From: Spirochaetota bacterium
Lineage (GTDB): Bacteria; Spirochaetota; Spirochaetia; SZUA-6
Length of the DNA stretch: 64,000 nucleotides
NCBI GenBank assembly: GCA_013151965.1
Contig: JAADHF010000132.1
Span: forward strand, 10,412 to 74,411
Reading direction: 5' to 3'
Within the stretch, counting starts at the first letter, position 1. Each line of letters opens with the position of its first letter. A model generated the notes under the pieces. It was not told the DNA's origin, did not search any database, and worked only from the letters and a program-made list of their open reading frames with translations. Shown here piece after piece: positions 39,817-49,441 of this stretch. The position numbers and the translations under genes were made by a program.

Positions 39817-40306
39817 CTCTATCCCCCTTGCTCTTGCTAACGAGACTTATAAACTGCTCTACCTCGCAAAAGAGAAGAGCACCGGTATGGCAGGCCTCGA
39901 CACAGGCCGGTATTTTCCTGTCCTGGCATAAATCACATTTTACAGCTATTTTTCCCTTTTTATCCGGAAGAAGAGAGACTCTGATTACACCGAAAGGACA
40001 TGTCATAACACACATCCAGCACCCCACGCACTTTTCCTCATCAGAAAGAACCAGGCCCGTCTCAGGGTCTTTCCTTATAGCTCCGGCAATACAGGCATCG
40101 ATACAGTAAGGCTCTTCGCAATGGCGGCACTGCAGAGGGAAGCTGCCTCCCTCGTCCACTGTTTTAACTTCTATACGGGAAACAGGAAGAGGCATCTCCG
40201 AAATCGCTTTAAATAAATCTCCTGCAGAAGATTGCTCCACAGCACAGGCTATCATACAGCCATTACATCCCAAACACTTATCCAGGTTTACAAATACTCT
40301 TTTCAT
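39794..40306 (-). CDS. cooF: CooF-type [4Fe-4S] ferredoxin-like electron transfer subunit
   Basis: Four CxxCxxCxxxCP-type clusters in 170 aa. Confidence 0.8.
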   Translation of the reverse strand: MKRVFVNLDKCLGCNGCMIACAVEQSSAGDLFKAISEMPLPVSRIEVKTVDEGGSFPLQCRHCEEPYCIDACIAGAIRKDPETGLVLSDEEKCVGCWMCVMTCPFGVIRVSLLPDKKGKIAVKCDLCQDRKIPACVEACHTGALLFCEVEQFISLVSKSKGDRDVLLNSR

Positions 40307-40317
40307 TATCCTCCCCT

Positions 40318-42225
40318 TTACCGGTACATCAAAGGCTTAAGCTTAAGGGCTTTTCTTTTTTTATCTATGTGATCTATCATAATGCGGGCTGCTTTTACAG
40401 GATCACCCTCAAAGACAAACTTTCCGCCTACGATATCTTCCGCCTCGCTGCATAGAAAATCGGTTACCTTCCTGCTCCCCAGGATCTGGAAAGGGCTGCC
40501 GAGTACTGTTAATACGCCCGATGCTATAAAGTAGGAAGCTATGGATACGGCCTTTTCGCTCATCCATTCGGGAGCTGCTCCTGCAACCGGGAGATCGCTT
40601 AAATCTTCTCCCAACCCGCCTTCCCGGATAACGTTAGTCAGGGCAATTAAAATTCGGCTGTTGTCGACACAGGAGCCGACATGAAGGATCGGAGGAATTC
40701 CCACCGCTTCACATATTTCCCGAAGCCCCTTGCCGGCATATTTAACGGCAGCCTCCGGCTGTAATAAACCTGCCTCGGAATCGGCAATTGCCGAACATCC
40801 TGTTACAACCACTAAAACATCATTTTTAATCAGTTCTTTTGCCATTTCTATGTGGCCGTAGTTATGTTTAATCTTGGGGTTATTGCATCCCACAACTCCG
40901 GCAAGACCCCGGATTCTTCCCTGGATTATAGCATCGTTTAACGGTCTGTAAGTGGCACGGTAGGCTCCGCCTAAGAAATTATAAATATTCTCCGCAGTAA
41001 ACCCGGCCACTAAATCCTCGCTTTTATCAGGGATGTGAATACCGTTGCCATTCCTGTTCGGGAAATTTTCAATAGCCATCTTAACTATACCTTTAGCTAT
41101 ATCGTAGGCCTTTTCCGCCTTAAACTCGACATGGGTAACACCGGGCGCCTTATTCTTTGGAGAAGTTGTTACAAGTTTTGTATGAAAAGCGGAAGCAACT
41201 CCGGATAGAGCAGGCATTATGCACTGAACATCCACCATCATTAAATCCACTGCTCCCGTAAGAATGGCAAGTTCCTGCTGCAAAAAATTTCCTGCAACGG
41301 GGATTCCATGGCGCATTAGAATCTCGGATGATGTACAGCACATTCCGACAAGATTTATTCCTTTAGCTCCCTTCTTTTTGGCAAGTTCAATCATTTCAGG
41401 GCTTCTCACCGCATCCACCACTACATCGGATAAAGTCGGTTCATGGCCGTGAACCACTATATTAACCTCATCCGGGGAAAGAACGCCAAGGTTAGACTTT
41501 GCCGTTATAGGTTCGGGAGATTTGAATAATACATCGGAAAGATCAGTGGCAATCATAGAGCCGCCCCACCCATCAGCCAGAGCGGTTCTAAAACCATGCA
41601 TTAAGATATTTTTATAATCATTATCAACTCCCATGACAGTCCTGTGCATGGTTTCTACAATTTCCCGGTCCACTCCTCTTGGTACAATTCCTAACTCTCT
41701 CCAGAGTTTAAGTCTCTTTTCAGGCGCTCTTTGAGGTACTTTCATCTCTCCATGCTGGCGGCCGAATTCGAGAAAGAATTTTTCTGAAAGTTCCTCGGCG
41801 ATTTCATTTATTTCTCTTCCGTCGATTTTAACATTATATTCCCTGGCTAAAACTTTTAACTTTGTTTCATCCTTTATTCCATAGGCATCTGTTTTTCCCT
41901 TAGCTGCCAGCATAAAAGCATGAATAATATCTCTTCCGTGGTCGGAATGAGCTGCTGCTCCTCCTGCAATCATTCTGATAAAGTTTCTGGCGACAATAGT
42001 ATCGACCGATGCTCCGCAAATCCCGGTCTGCTCTTTCTCGGAAAAAGGGTTAATTTTACAGGGTCCCATTTCGCAGTTTCGACAGCATATTCCCAATTTT
42101 CCGAATCCGCATTGCGGCAGCATAGATTCGAGACGGTCCCATGCTGTCGGAATATTTAATTCCTTTGCTCTTTGCAGCATATCCTGAGTCGTTTTATCGA
42201 TGCTTCTTTCTTTTGTCTTATCCAT
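40318..42225 (-). CDS. cooS: Ni-dependent carbon monoxide dehydrogenase catalytic subunit
   Basis: The N-terminal Cys motifs are CGFGKLGICCRNCEMGPCK and CGAS. 635 aa with HCP/CODH fold length. Confidence 0.9.
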   Translation of the reverse strand: MDKTKERSIDKTTQDMLQRAKELNIPTAWDRLESMLPQCGFGKLGICCRNCEMGPCKINPFSEKEQTGICGASVDTIVARNFIRMIAGGAAAHSDHGRDIIHAFMLAAKGKTDAYGIKDETKLKVLAREYNVKIDGREINEIAEELSEKFFLEFGRQHGEMKVPQRAPEKRLKLWRELGIVPRGVDREIVETMHRTVMGVDNDYKNILMHGFRTALADGWGGSMIATDLSDVLFKSPEPITAKSNLGVLSPDEVNIVVHGHEPTLSDVVVDAVRSPEMIELAKKKGAKGINLVGMCCTSSEILMRHGIPVAGNFLQQELAILTGAVDLMMVDVQCIMPALSGVASAFHTKLVTTSPKNKAPGVTHVEFKAEKAYDIAKGIVKMAIENFPNRNGNGIHIPDKSEDLVAGFTAENIYNFLGGAYRATYRPLNDAIIQGRIRGLAGVVGCNNPKIKHNYGHIEMAKELIKNDVLVVVTGCSAIADSEAGLLQPEAAVKYAGKGLREICEAVGIPPILHVGSCVDNSRILIALTNVIREGGLGEDLSDLPVAGAAPEWMSEKAVSIASYFIASGVLTVLGSPFQILGSRKVTDFLCSEAEDIVGGKFVFEGDPVKAARIMIDHIDKKRKALKLKPLMYR

Positions 42226-42228
42226 AAT

Positions 42229-42999
42229 TTATTCCTTTCCTTTAGTTAGGTTTTTAACTATAACCTCTATTTCCTGCTTAAATTGTTCTCCCTTTTCCCA
42301 GAGAGAAAAACCATTAATATCCGCCTCAATAATATCCTTATTAAAGTTAATAAATCCGAGAAAATCGAAATCCGACATTTTATTTAAAAGATAATTTTTA
42401 TCAGCTGCTCCCCTTATTTTACTGCCCACCGCCGATACATCCGTAATTCCTATCTCCGAGGCGAGTTTTTTAATCCGGCGTGCTGTTTCGATGCTTTTTC
42501 CTCCGGGTTCGGCGACTACAATTAACTCATCCACCCCGCTTGTTGTTCCTCTGCCCAGATGCTCTATGCCTGCTTCCATATCGAGAATTACAACATCGTC
42601 TCTTTCTACCAGAAGGTGAGAAAGCAGCGCTTTTAAAAAGGAGTTCTCCGGACAGGCGCATCCCATTCCTCCGCCTCTTACCGTTCCCATGACGGCCAGT
42701 TTTATTCCATTATGTTCTATAAAATATTTATCCGGAATGTCATCGACCCTGGGATTTAATTTAAAAAACGGAGATGAACTGCCTGGTTTGGCCCCTGTTC
42801 TTTCTTCGATCAAACTTTTCATCTCGATTAAAGGGGTGATTTCGGAAGGATTCGGGAAAGAGAGAGTAAGAGCAAGATTGGTATCAGGATCGGCATCGAT
42901 AGCTAAAACTGATTTACCCTTTCCAGCGAAGCACTTAACAAGTCCCGCGACAAGGGTGGTTTTACCCACACCTCCCTTTCCACTAACGGCGATTTTCAT
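42229..42999 (-). CDS. cooC: CODH nickel-insertion accessory ATPase CooC
   Basis: MKIAVSGKGGVGKTTL Walker A. It is the first gene of the operon and the upstream region is AT-rich. Confidence 0.85.
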   Translation of the reverse strand: MKIAVSGKGGVGKTTLVAGLVKCFAGKGKSVLAIDADPDTNLALTLSFPNPSEITPLIEMKSLIEERTGAKPGSSSPFFKLNPRVDDIPDKYFIEHNGIKLAVMGTVRGGGMGCACPENSFLKALLSHLLVERDDVVILDMEAGIEHLGRGTTSGVDELIVVAEPGGKSIETARRIKKLASEIGITDVSAVGSKIRGAADKNYLLNKMSDFDFLGFINFNKDIIEADINGFSLWEKGEQFKQEIEVIVKNLTKGKE

Positions 43000-43374
43000 T
43001 TATCTAGAGATCCTCTAATTATGGACACTAGTTATTGATGAATTATAATATATGTTTTTTACTAAATTCATCGTAGCAAAACTTATAAAAAGGCATTATA
43101 ACAAAGCATAAAATTCGTGTCAATAGAATTCAAAATAGAGAGAGAATCAGCGGACCGGTTTTCTCCTGTCTGCAGAGAATTAGAAACAGTACAGTTTACA
43201 AACATTCCTGTTCTTTACTATACAAAAGTTCATACCTTGATAGATTCAATTGGATTGTTCAGGGGGATTCGACATAAATATTCCATAAAACAAGAAGATT
43301 AAAAAATATTAGGTTGTGCAGTATAAAACAGGATATATATTGGAAAATGTAGAAGGAAAATATATACTACCTTT

Positions 43375-43626
43375 GTGAAAGAAGTTGATAAAATTATTCT
43401 TGAAATAATAGAAAAGCTTAAAATAATTAACCCATATAGGATTATTCTATTCGGTTCATATGCGGAAAATACATATAATGATGATAGTGACTATGAAATA
43501 AGTAAAAAAATTCCGATTGATTTGGGTTTATTACCGGATGGAAAACCTACAAAAGAAACAGCATTGTCTTTTTATAAAGAGGCGGGAAAAATAAATAACC
43601 AGATAAAAGCCTTTCTCTCCAAATGA
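43375..43626 (+). CDS. Minimal nucleotidyltransferase (Pol-beta superfamily, MNT-like) domain protein, possibly a truncated remnant
   Basis: LFGSYAEN...DDSDYE fits the GS-x(9-13)-DxD/E motif. It is only 83 aa and no HepT/HEPN partner lies adjacent. Confidence 0.3.
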   Translation: MKEVDKIILEIIEKLKIINPYRIILFGSYAENTYNDDSDYEISKKIPIDLGLLPDGKPTKETALSFYKEAGKINNQIKAFLSK

Positions 43627-43717
43627 TTATAGTAGAATTCGAAATTATTGTGCATGTCAAACATTTTAAGTAGACTATAACAGGTGAGATTTATTCGGAA
43701 AGTAAGGAGTTAAACAG

Positions 43718-44503
43718 ATGGAATTAAAATTATACCAGGTTGATGCATTTGCGGATAATGTTTTTAAAGGTAATCCTGCAGCGGTCTGTCCGCTCGATAA
43801 ATGGCTGCCGGATGAGATTATGCAGTTAATCGCCGAAGAAAATAATTTACCGGAAACGGCTTTTTATGTTCCTGCCGGTGATGAGTTTCAAATTAGATGG
43901 TTTACGCCGAAATCGGAAGTTAAACTATGCGGTCATGCTACTTTAGCTTCAGCTTATGTTATCTTTGATATTCTAAAGTACCATGGGGAAACGATAACAT
44001 TCAGATCAAAATCGGGGAAGCTGGAGGTCAAAAAGGATAATGACCGGCTTGCCATGGATTTTCCGGCTCAGCCGCCTGCTCCGTGTATAATTCCAAAAGA
44101 CCTTGAAAATGCACTTAATAAAAGGCCTGCAGCATGTTTAAGGTCAGAGGACTATATAGTTGTTTATGAAAACGAAGAAGATATAACCGCTCTTACACCC
44201 GATAACGATTTAATGAAAAGACTGGATTTAAGAGGTGTTATAATTACATCGGGATCTAAGAAATATGATTTTGTATTAAGATTTTTTGCTCCCAAATTCG
44301 GTATTCCGGAGGATCCTGTCACCGGATCCGCATTAACGCAATTAATACCTTATTGGGCTGAAGAGCTTGGAAAAGTAAAAATGAGTGCCAGGCAGGTATC
44401 GAAACGCGGAGGAGATATACTCTGTGAACTGAAAGGCGGCAGGGTTACTATCAGCGGCAGAGCAGTAAAATATCTCGAAGGGGAAATATCAATTAAAGCA
44501 TAA
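43718..44503 (+). CDS. PhzF-family isomerase
   Basis: LYQVDAFADNVFKGNPAAV...AFY...CGHATLA is the PhzF/DAP-epimerase-fold signature. 261 aa. Confidence 0.8.
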   Translation: MELKLYQVDAFADNVFKGNPAAVCPLDKWLPDEIMQLIAEENNLPETAFYVPAGDEFQIRWFTPKSEVKLCGHATLASAYVIFDILKYHGETITFRSKSGKLEVKKDNDRLAMDFPAQPPAPCIIPKDLENALNKRPAACLRSEDYIVVYENEEDITALTPDNDLMKRLDLRGVIITSGSKKYDFVLRFFAPKFGIPEDPVTGSALTQLIPYWAEELGKVKMSARQVSKRGGDILCELKGGRVTISGRAVKYLEGEISIKA

Positions 44504-44554
44504 CCTGCGTCAGTTCAAGGACGGCAGGGGGTGCTGCCGTAAGCTTAACTGCAG

Positions 44555-45790
44555 TTAACTGCCCATGAGTCTTCGTTCGCCGGAGAGTTTTCGCTTTTCG
44601 GTAAGATCCTGGGTAACCTCGATAGTACCTAAGTATTCACCGTTTTTGTCTCTTACTGCAAAGTATTCTATGTGAATAAATCTTCCGTTTTTATTTATCC
44701 AGAAAGCCTCACTGTCTTTTTTTCCGGAATGGAAATCTTTAAGAATACTTTCCACTTTGTGAACACTTGCAGGGGGATGACACATCTGTACTTTTCTGCC
44801 GAGGATCGACCTGTTCCTGTCAAAAATTCTATTCCGGCCCTGTGTAAAATAGCGTACTGCATCAAACTTATCTACAAATGTGATATCAAAGGGAAGTATA
44901 TTTAAAAGAGCTGTCAATTCCGGAACAGAGAAGGTTCCGGAGGGCAGTCTGACTTTACCCCCCTGAAATTCAAGAGTTTCTTCTTCGGTAATGCCGGAAG
45001 GTTTCCATTCATCCGACGGATCATAGAGACAGAAACCTATTTCGGGGCTCTCGCGATAAATCGAGTACCATTCGCTGTCGGATAATACATCCATGGTCGT
45101 GGGGAAAAGAATTTCCTCTTCCTTATAGATCATTTCATCGATCGAATCCAGGGCCTTTATAATCGAATCACCTGCAGATTCGTTAAAGCTTTTTAATTCA
45201 GGGCTGCCTGTTTCCTGCATACTTATTATTGCATCCCGGGCAGTTGCAAGCAGTTTGCGGGTTTCATCATGCTTGGCCCACATCACAGTCGGGGGTCCTG
45301 TTATTCCCTTTTTTTCCAGGTACGGAAACAGCAGATTTTCCTTTCGCCTGTAATGTTTATCTACATCGAAGAGGCTGTTTATCATAAGCCGCAGTTCTTT
45401 AAGTGCATCTGAAATATTGATTTCTACGGCATTACCGCTTAAATCCTGTAAGAGATTCCTTATCCTCTCTATAAGGATCTTAAGCTGGGCATTCTCGTTT
45501 TTAAATGTATCTATGGGATGCCCGGCCGCAGCTGATCTGGAATCTTTCAGATCTATAATTCCTTTTAAGGCTTTGCCGTGTATATCACAGAGTTTTAAGA
45601 CTTCCTCCGTGGGAAGGCCTTCCTGTATCAGCTCCTGTTCTATCCCCACAACGATTCCATATGGTACTTCACCGAGCATACGGGTAAGCTGCTTTTTTAC
45701 TTCCTCGGGAGTTTCGCCGCGGTGCAGGCGGAGTATCATTTCTTTTAACAGTTCTCTTTTCCTGGACATATCCGTAATAAGTTCGCTCAT
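44555..45790 (-). CDS. DUF438 / hemerythrin-like / PAS multidomain sensor protein
   Basis: Its architecture resembles DUF438-HHE-PAS proteins. The PAS-like C-terminus reads FWINKNGRFIHIEYFAVRDKNGEYLGTIEVTQDLT. Confidence 0.45.
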   Translation of the reverse strand: MSELITDMSRKRELLKEMILRLHRGETPEEVKKQLTRMLGEVPYGIVVGIEQELIQEGLPTEEVLKLCDIHGKALKGIIDLKDSRSAAAGHPIDTFKNENAQLKILIERIRNLLQDLSGNAVEINISDALKELRLMINSLFDVDKHYRRKENLLFPYLEKKGITGPPTVMWAKHDETRKLLATARDAIISMQETGSPELKSFNESAGDSIIKALDSIDEMIYKEEEILFPTTMDVLSDSEWYSIYRESPEIGFCLYDPSDEWKPSGITEEETLEFQGGKVRLPSGTFSVPELTALLNILPFDITFVDKFDAVRYFTQGRNRIFDRNRSILGRKVQMCHPPASVHKVESILKDFHSGKKDSEAFWINKNGRFIHIEYFAVRDKNGEYLGTIEVTQDLTEKRKLSGERRLMGS

Positions 45791-45877
45791 GGGTTGTCTC
45801 CCCTATCTTTAAGATTTATGTAATTAACATTATCAATATAATAAGAATTAAAAACCGGGTCAATGTTTAAAAATGGT

Positions 45878-46675
45878 TTAAGGATAAACTATTTCCACCC
45901 GGCGGTTTAAGTTCTGTTTGTCCGGGTCTGTTGTTACAGGATATTTCCCTCCGTAACCTTTAACTTCCGGAGTATGTTCCGGGCGCCATCCCCGGCTTAT
46001 TAAAAACATTAATGTATTTGCCGCACGCTGTCCGGAGAGTTCTGTTCTTCCCTTTTCTGTCCCGTAAAGTGCACAGTGGCCGCGAATGATAATCCTGCCT
46101 TTTTTTATTCTGTTAAGTCCGGGAATAATTGCGGTAAGTTTTTTTTCCGCTTCAGTGGTAAGCACGGAACTGTCCGGCGCAAAGTAGATAACTTCGTTTA
46201 TCCTGACCGGCGGCACAGGTCCGGGTGTACTTTTATGAACACCTTCATTAACGGTAATATTTCCTCTTTGTGTTTTTGTTACGGCTAAAACCGCGATACC
46301 TGTTAATAATAATACAAGCAGGCCGATTGCGATTCTGTCCCCGAAACTCTTGCCCGGAATGTACCTGTTAAGGTTAATGATTCTGCTGATTCTTTTCCGC
46401 CCGTTTACAAATATTCGAATATGGAGTCTGTTCCTTTTACTCACGGAGCATAACGCTTTAATCTCGGATTTCCCGGCTTTTTCCGGTGGTATGTCCTGTA
46501 TGATAAGCGAATCGACCTGTACACTAATACTGCGGTCTATAAGGTAGATATTGACAGTACCCTTCGTCTGAAAATCGTATGATGTTGTCAGTAGAATCTC
46601 TCTCTTTGCACCCGGAATCAGGGAGATAAGATTTTGGTACTTGTTTCCTTCGAGTTTCACTGCTATCTGGATCAT
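45878..46675 (-). CDS. OmpA-domain (peptidoglycan-associated) membrane protein
   Basis: C-terminal OmpA-like block (IIRGHCALYGTE....NRRVEIVY) and an internal TM segment. Confidence 0.65.
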   Translation of the reverse strand: MIQIAVKLEGNKYQNLISLIPGAKREILLTTSYDFQTKGTVNIYLIDRSISVQVDSLIIQDIPPEKAGKSEIKALCSVSKRNRLHIRIFVNGRKRISRIINLNRYIPGKSFGDRIAIGLLVLLLTGIAVLAVTKTQRGNITVNEGVHKSTPGPVPPVRINEVIYFAPDSSVLTTEAEKKLTAIIPGLNRIKKGRIIIRGHCALYGTEKGRTELSGQRAANTLMFLISRGWRPEHTPEVKGYGGKYPVTTDPDKQNLNRRVEIVYP

Positions 46676-46797
46676 ACCGGTTCATATTGTACCATTTAGC
46701 TTGAATTTAATACCAGTGGAAACGGTCTGCTTTTATTCGTATAATAGTGTAATTTTTTAGAATCATACGGATGATGCAGACAGATGGGAGAAGATTT

Positions 46798-47409
46798 ATG
46801 CTGAATGAAGAAAAAAAAATAATCAGAAAGAGAATAGTAAATCTTATTAAATCCAGGGCGGAAGAAGAACTTGAATCTCTCAGTATGAAGATATCGGAAA
46901 ATGCAGCCGCACTCGATGCGTGGAAAGAATCGGATTGTATTCTGATATTTCTGTCCATGAGAGGAGAATTTAATACAGAGCATCTGATATCCCGGGCGCA
47001 GTCGGAAGGTAAATGCATAGCCGTTCCGAGAATGGAGGGGAAACATATAAATTTCCATAAGATATTTAATCCGGATGCAGGTTATAACCGGGATATCTAT
47101 TCTAATCTGGTTGTTAATAAATTCGGCATCAGGGAGCCTGCGGATGATCTGCCCGTTGTTTACCCCGGAGATTATCCTGATAATAGATTTTTTGTTGTCC
47201 TTCCCGGGCTTGCCTTCGACAGGGAGAAGAACAGGCTTGGCAGGGGGGGCGGTTACTATGATAGATATATTGCAGAATTACAGAAAAGCGGAAAGAATTA
47301 CACACTGGCAGGGATGTGTTTTTCATTTCAGCTTATTAATAAAATCCCTTCGGGTATCTTTGATAAAAAGGCCGATATTGTTGTCACTGAAGAGGAGGTT
47401 ATTCTGTAA
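46798..47409 (+). CDS. 5-formyltetrahydrofolate cyclo-ligase
   Basis: VVLPGLAFDREKNRLGRGGGYYDRY is the 5-FCL signature. The ATG at 46798 has SD GGGAGAAG; the ORF-track start at 46771 is 9 codons upstream. Confidence 0.8.
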   Translation: MLNEEKKIIRKRIVNLIKSRAEEELESLSMKISENAAALDAWKESDCILIFLSMRGEFNTEHLISRAQSEGKCIAVPRMEGKHINFHKIFNPDAGYNRDIYSNLVVNKFGIREPADDLPVVYPGDYPDNRFFVVLPGLAFDREKNRLGRGGGYYDRYIAELQKSGKNYTLAGMCFSFQLINKIPSGIFDKKADIVVTEEEVIL

Positions 47410-47415
47410 ACGTAC

Positions 47416-47460
47416 CGTTATCTGCACGGATCAATTATTCTTGATCTGCACTATGTATTT
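47416..47460 (+). terminator. Terminator-like hairpin after 5-FCL gene
   Basis: TGCACGGATCAA-ttattc-TTGATCTGCA followed by a T-rich stretch (TATGTATTTTATT). Confidence 0.35.
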
Positions 47461-47502
47461 TATTACATTAATATAAAATCAGTAAAAAAAGGGGAATGTT
47501 GT

Positions 47503-48093
47503 ATGTCTGTTATAAAATCTGCATATGAAATAGCCATGGAAAACACTAAGAATGTAAGCGGCGGCAAAGAATCGCTTGAAGCCAGTAAATATAAGACCGA
47601 AGGTAAAAAAATAGTATCACAGTATCTGGATGATTCTATCGAAGATATCAAGGCTGAGATTAAGGAGTATAAAGAAAAGAAGCTTGACTGGGTAAAAGAT
47701 GGAATACTGGATGCTCTTCTGGCAAATATTGTACTTCCCGTAAATGAATTCTCATTAGGGAAGATAAGAAAGGCGGGTGAGGGTTTGTTCGGTATTCTTA
47801 AGGATACCAAAAAACTGGGAACGATGCTGAACGAACTGGAACACTTTTATAAAGAGTATCTCGATGAGAGAGAGAGGCTTACGGAAGCTGTAAAGCAGCA
47901 GTTCGGCCCTAAATTAAGACAGAAGGAAGAAGAGCTTTCCAGGCAGCTTGGATCTCCTATAAAGATCGATCCTGCATCCGATCCCGAATATACGGCATTT
48001 CTCCGCAATAACTTATCCGGACTGGAAAAAAAGTACAATGACGTGCTTAAACGTGTAAAGGATGAAATACGTAATATTTATAAGCAGAAATAG
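47503..48093 (+). CDS. Hypothetical K/E-rich protein
   Basis: 196-aa ORF with a good SD-like context. No motif was recognized. Confidence 0.4.
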   Translation: MSVIKSAYEIAMENTKNVSGGKESLEASKYKTEGKKIVSQYLDDSIEDIKAEIKEYKEKKLDWVKDGILDALLANIVLPVNEFSLGKIRKAGEGLFGILKDTKKLGTMLNELEHFYKEYLDERERLTEAVKQQFGPKLRQKEEELSRQLGSPIKIDPASDPEYTAFLRNNLSGLEKKYNDVLKRVKDEIRNIYKQK

Positions 48094-48159
48094 TGCAGAT
48101 GTACAGGATCGGGCCGGCATGTCTGCATTATCCTGGTAATAATAAAAAGTTAAGGTACA

Positions 48160-49410
48160 ATGCAGTACAGAGCTGATTTACATATTCATTCAAAATATTC
48201 GATTGCAACTTCGAAACATGCTGATCTGGAAAATTATTACAGCTGGGCCCGTATTAAAGGTATCCGTATTATCGGGACAGGAGATTTTACACACCACGGG
48301 TGGCTGGGAGAAATAAAAGAGAAACTGGAACCTGCAGGCAACGGTTTTTTCAGGTTAAAGGAAAAACCGGTTACCGAAGCACTTACCCTTTTTAAACCGG
48401 CACCGCTCGATGTACTGTTCTGTCTGACCTCGGAAATAAGTTCTGTCTTTAAAAGGGATGGCAGAACTTACAGGGTGCACAGCCTTATCTTTGCCCCGGA
48501 CCTTGAAACGGTAAGCAGAATAAGAAAAAAACTTGAAATCATCGGCAATATCGGGTCGGACGGACGTCCTATTTTAAGACTGGACACAAAAGATCTTCTG
48601 GAAATAGTGCGGGATGCTTCTCCGGATGCATATCTTATTCCTGCACATATATGGACACCCTGGTATTCGGTTTTCGGATCCAAATCCGGATTTAACAGCA
48701 TGAATGAGTGTTTTGCAGATCTTACGGATGAGATTTTTGCATTGGAAACAGGGCTTTCCTCCGATCCCGGGATGAACCGGATGTGGAGCGATCTGGACAG
48801 ATTTACTCTTGTATCCAATTCCGACGCCCACTCACCGAATAAACTCGGACGTGAGGTTAATCTGTTCAGCACGGATTTAGGCTATGAGGCGATGTTCAGT
48901 GCTCTGAAAACAAAAGATGGATTTAACGGGACATACGAGTATTTTCCCGAAAAAGGTAAGTATCATCTCGACGGACACAGAAAGTGCGGTGTTTGCCTGA
49001 CTCCGGAGGAAACGGACAAACACAAAGGACGCTGCCCCGTTTGCGGGAAGCCTCTTACTATCGGGGTAATGCACAGGGTTGCGGACTGTGCCGACAGGAA
49101 GAAACCTCTTAAACCTTCCGGGCCAGACGGTTACAGGTATATTATGCCCCTCGATGAATTGTTAAGTACTGTTGCAGACTGCGGGGCAGGAACAAAAACC
49201 GTTCAGGTACTTTTAGTAAAGTTGATTCGTCTGTATGGTGATGAATTAACAACCGTACTCGATATACCTGCAGAGCGGATATCGAAGGATGCGGGAGAAG
49301 ATATTGCAGGTGCATTGGTAAAATTGAGAAGAGGGGATATTTCCCTGTCTCCCGGATTCGACGGTCAATTCGGAACTGTAAAAATGGGAACCGGTGAGCA
49401 TTTAAAGTAA
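48160..49410 (+). CDS. PHP-domain metal-dependent nuclease-like protein with C-terminal Zn-ribbon (EndoQ/TIGR00375-like)
   Basis: N-terminal PHP signature DLHIHSKYS...GTGDFTHHGW. The C-terminal zinc ribbon is CGVCL...CPVCG. Confidence 0.55.
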   Translation: MQYRADLHIHSKYSIATSKHADLENYYSWARIKGIRIIGTGDFTHHGWLGEIKEKLEPAGNGFFRLKEKPVTEALTLFKPAPLDVLFCLTSEISSVFKRDGRTYRVHSLIFAPDLETVSRIRKKLEIIGNIGSDGRPILRLDTKDLLEIVRDASPDAYLIPAHIWTPWYSVFGSKSGFNSMNECFADLTDEIFALETGLSSDPGMNRMWSDLDRFTLVSNSDAHSPNKLGREVNLFSTDLGYEAMFSALKTKDGFNGTYEYFPEKGKYHLDGHRKCGVCLTPEETDKHKGRCPVCGKPLTIGVMHRVADCADRKKPLKPSGPDGYRYIMPLDELLSTVADCGAGTKTVQVLLVKLIRLYGDELTTVLDIPAERISKDAGEDIAGALVKLRRGDISLSPGFDGQFGTVKMGTGEHLK

Positions 49411-49441
49411 TGTATATAAGTGTATATAAATAGAGGAAAAA

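Noticed and set aside
43117-43302. A 61-aa ORF in the acs upstream region
   Set aside because: It has no SD and no motif, and it lies in an AT-rich promoter region. It is probably non-coding.
44504-44554. Hairpins between convergent PhzF and DUF438 genes (ACGGCAG-ggggtg-CTGCCGT and the perfect palindrome GCAGTTAACTGC)
   Set aside because: The structures are real but neither strand has a following T-run. They may be Rho-dependent or structural, so they are left out of the feature list.
46696-47058. Two overlapping minus-strand ORFs (120 and 103 aa) across the 5' half of the 5-FCL gene
   Set aside because: They are antisense to a gene with the strong 5-formyltetrahydrofolate cyclo-ligase signature. 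The sequences are low-complexity and Phe/Ile-rich, as expected from the reverse complement of an A-rich coding region.
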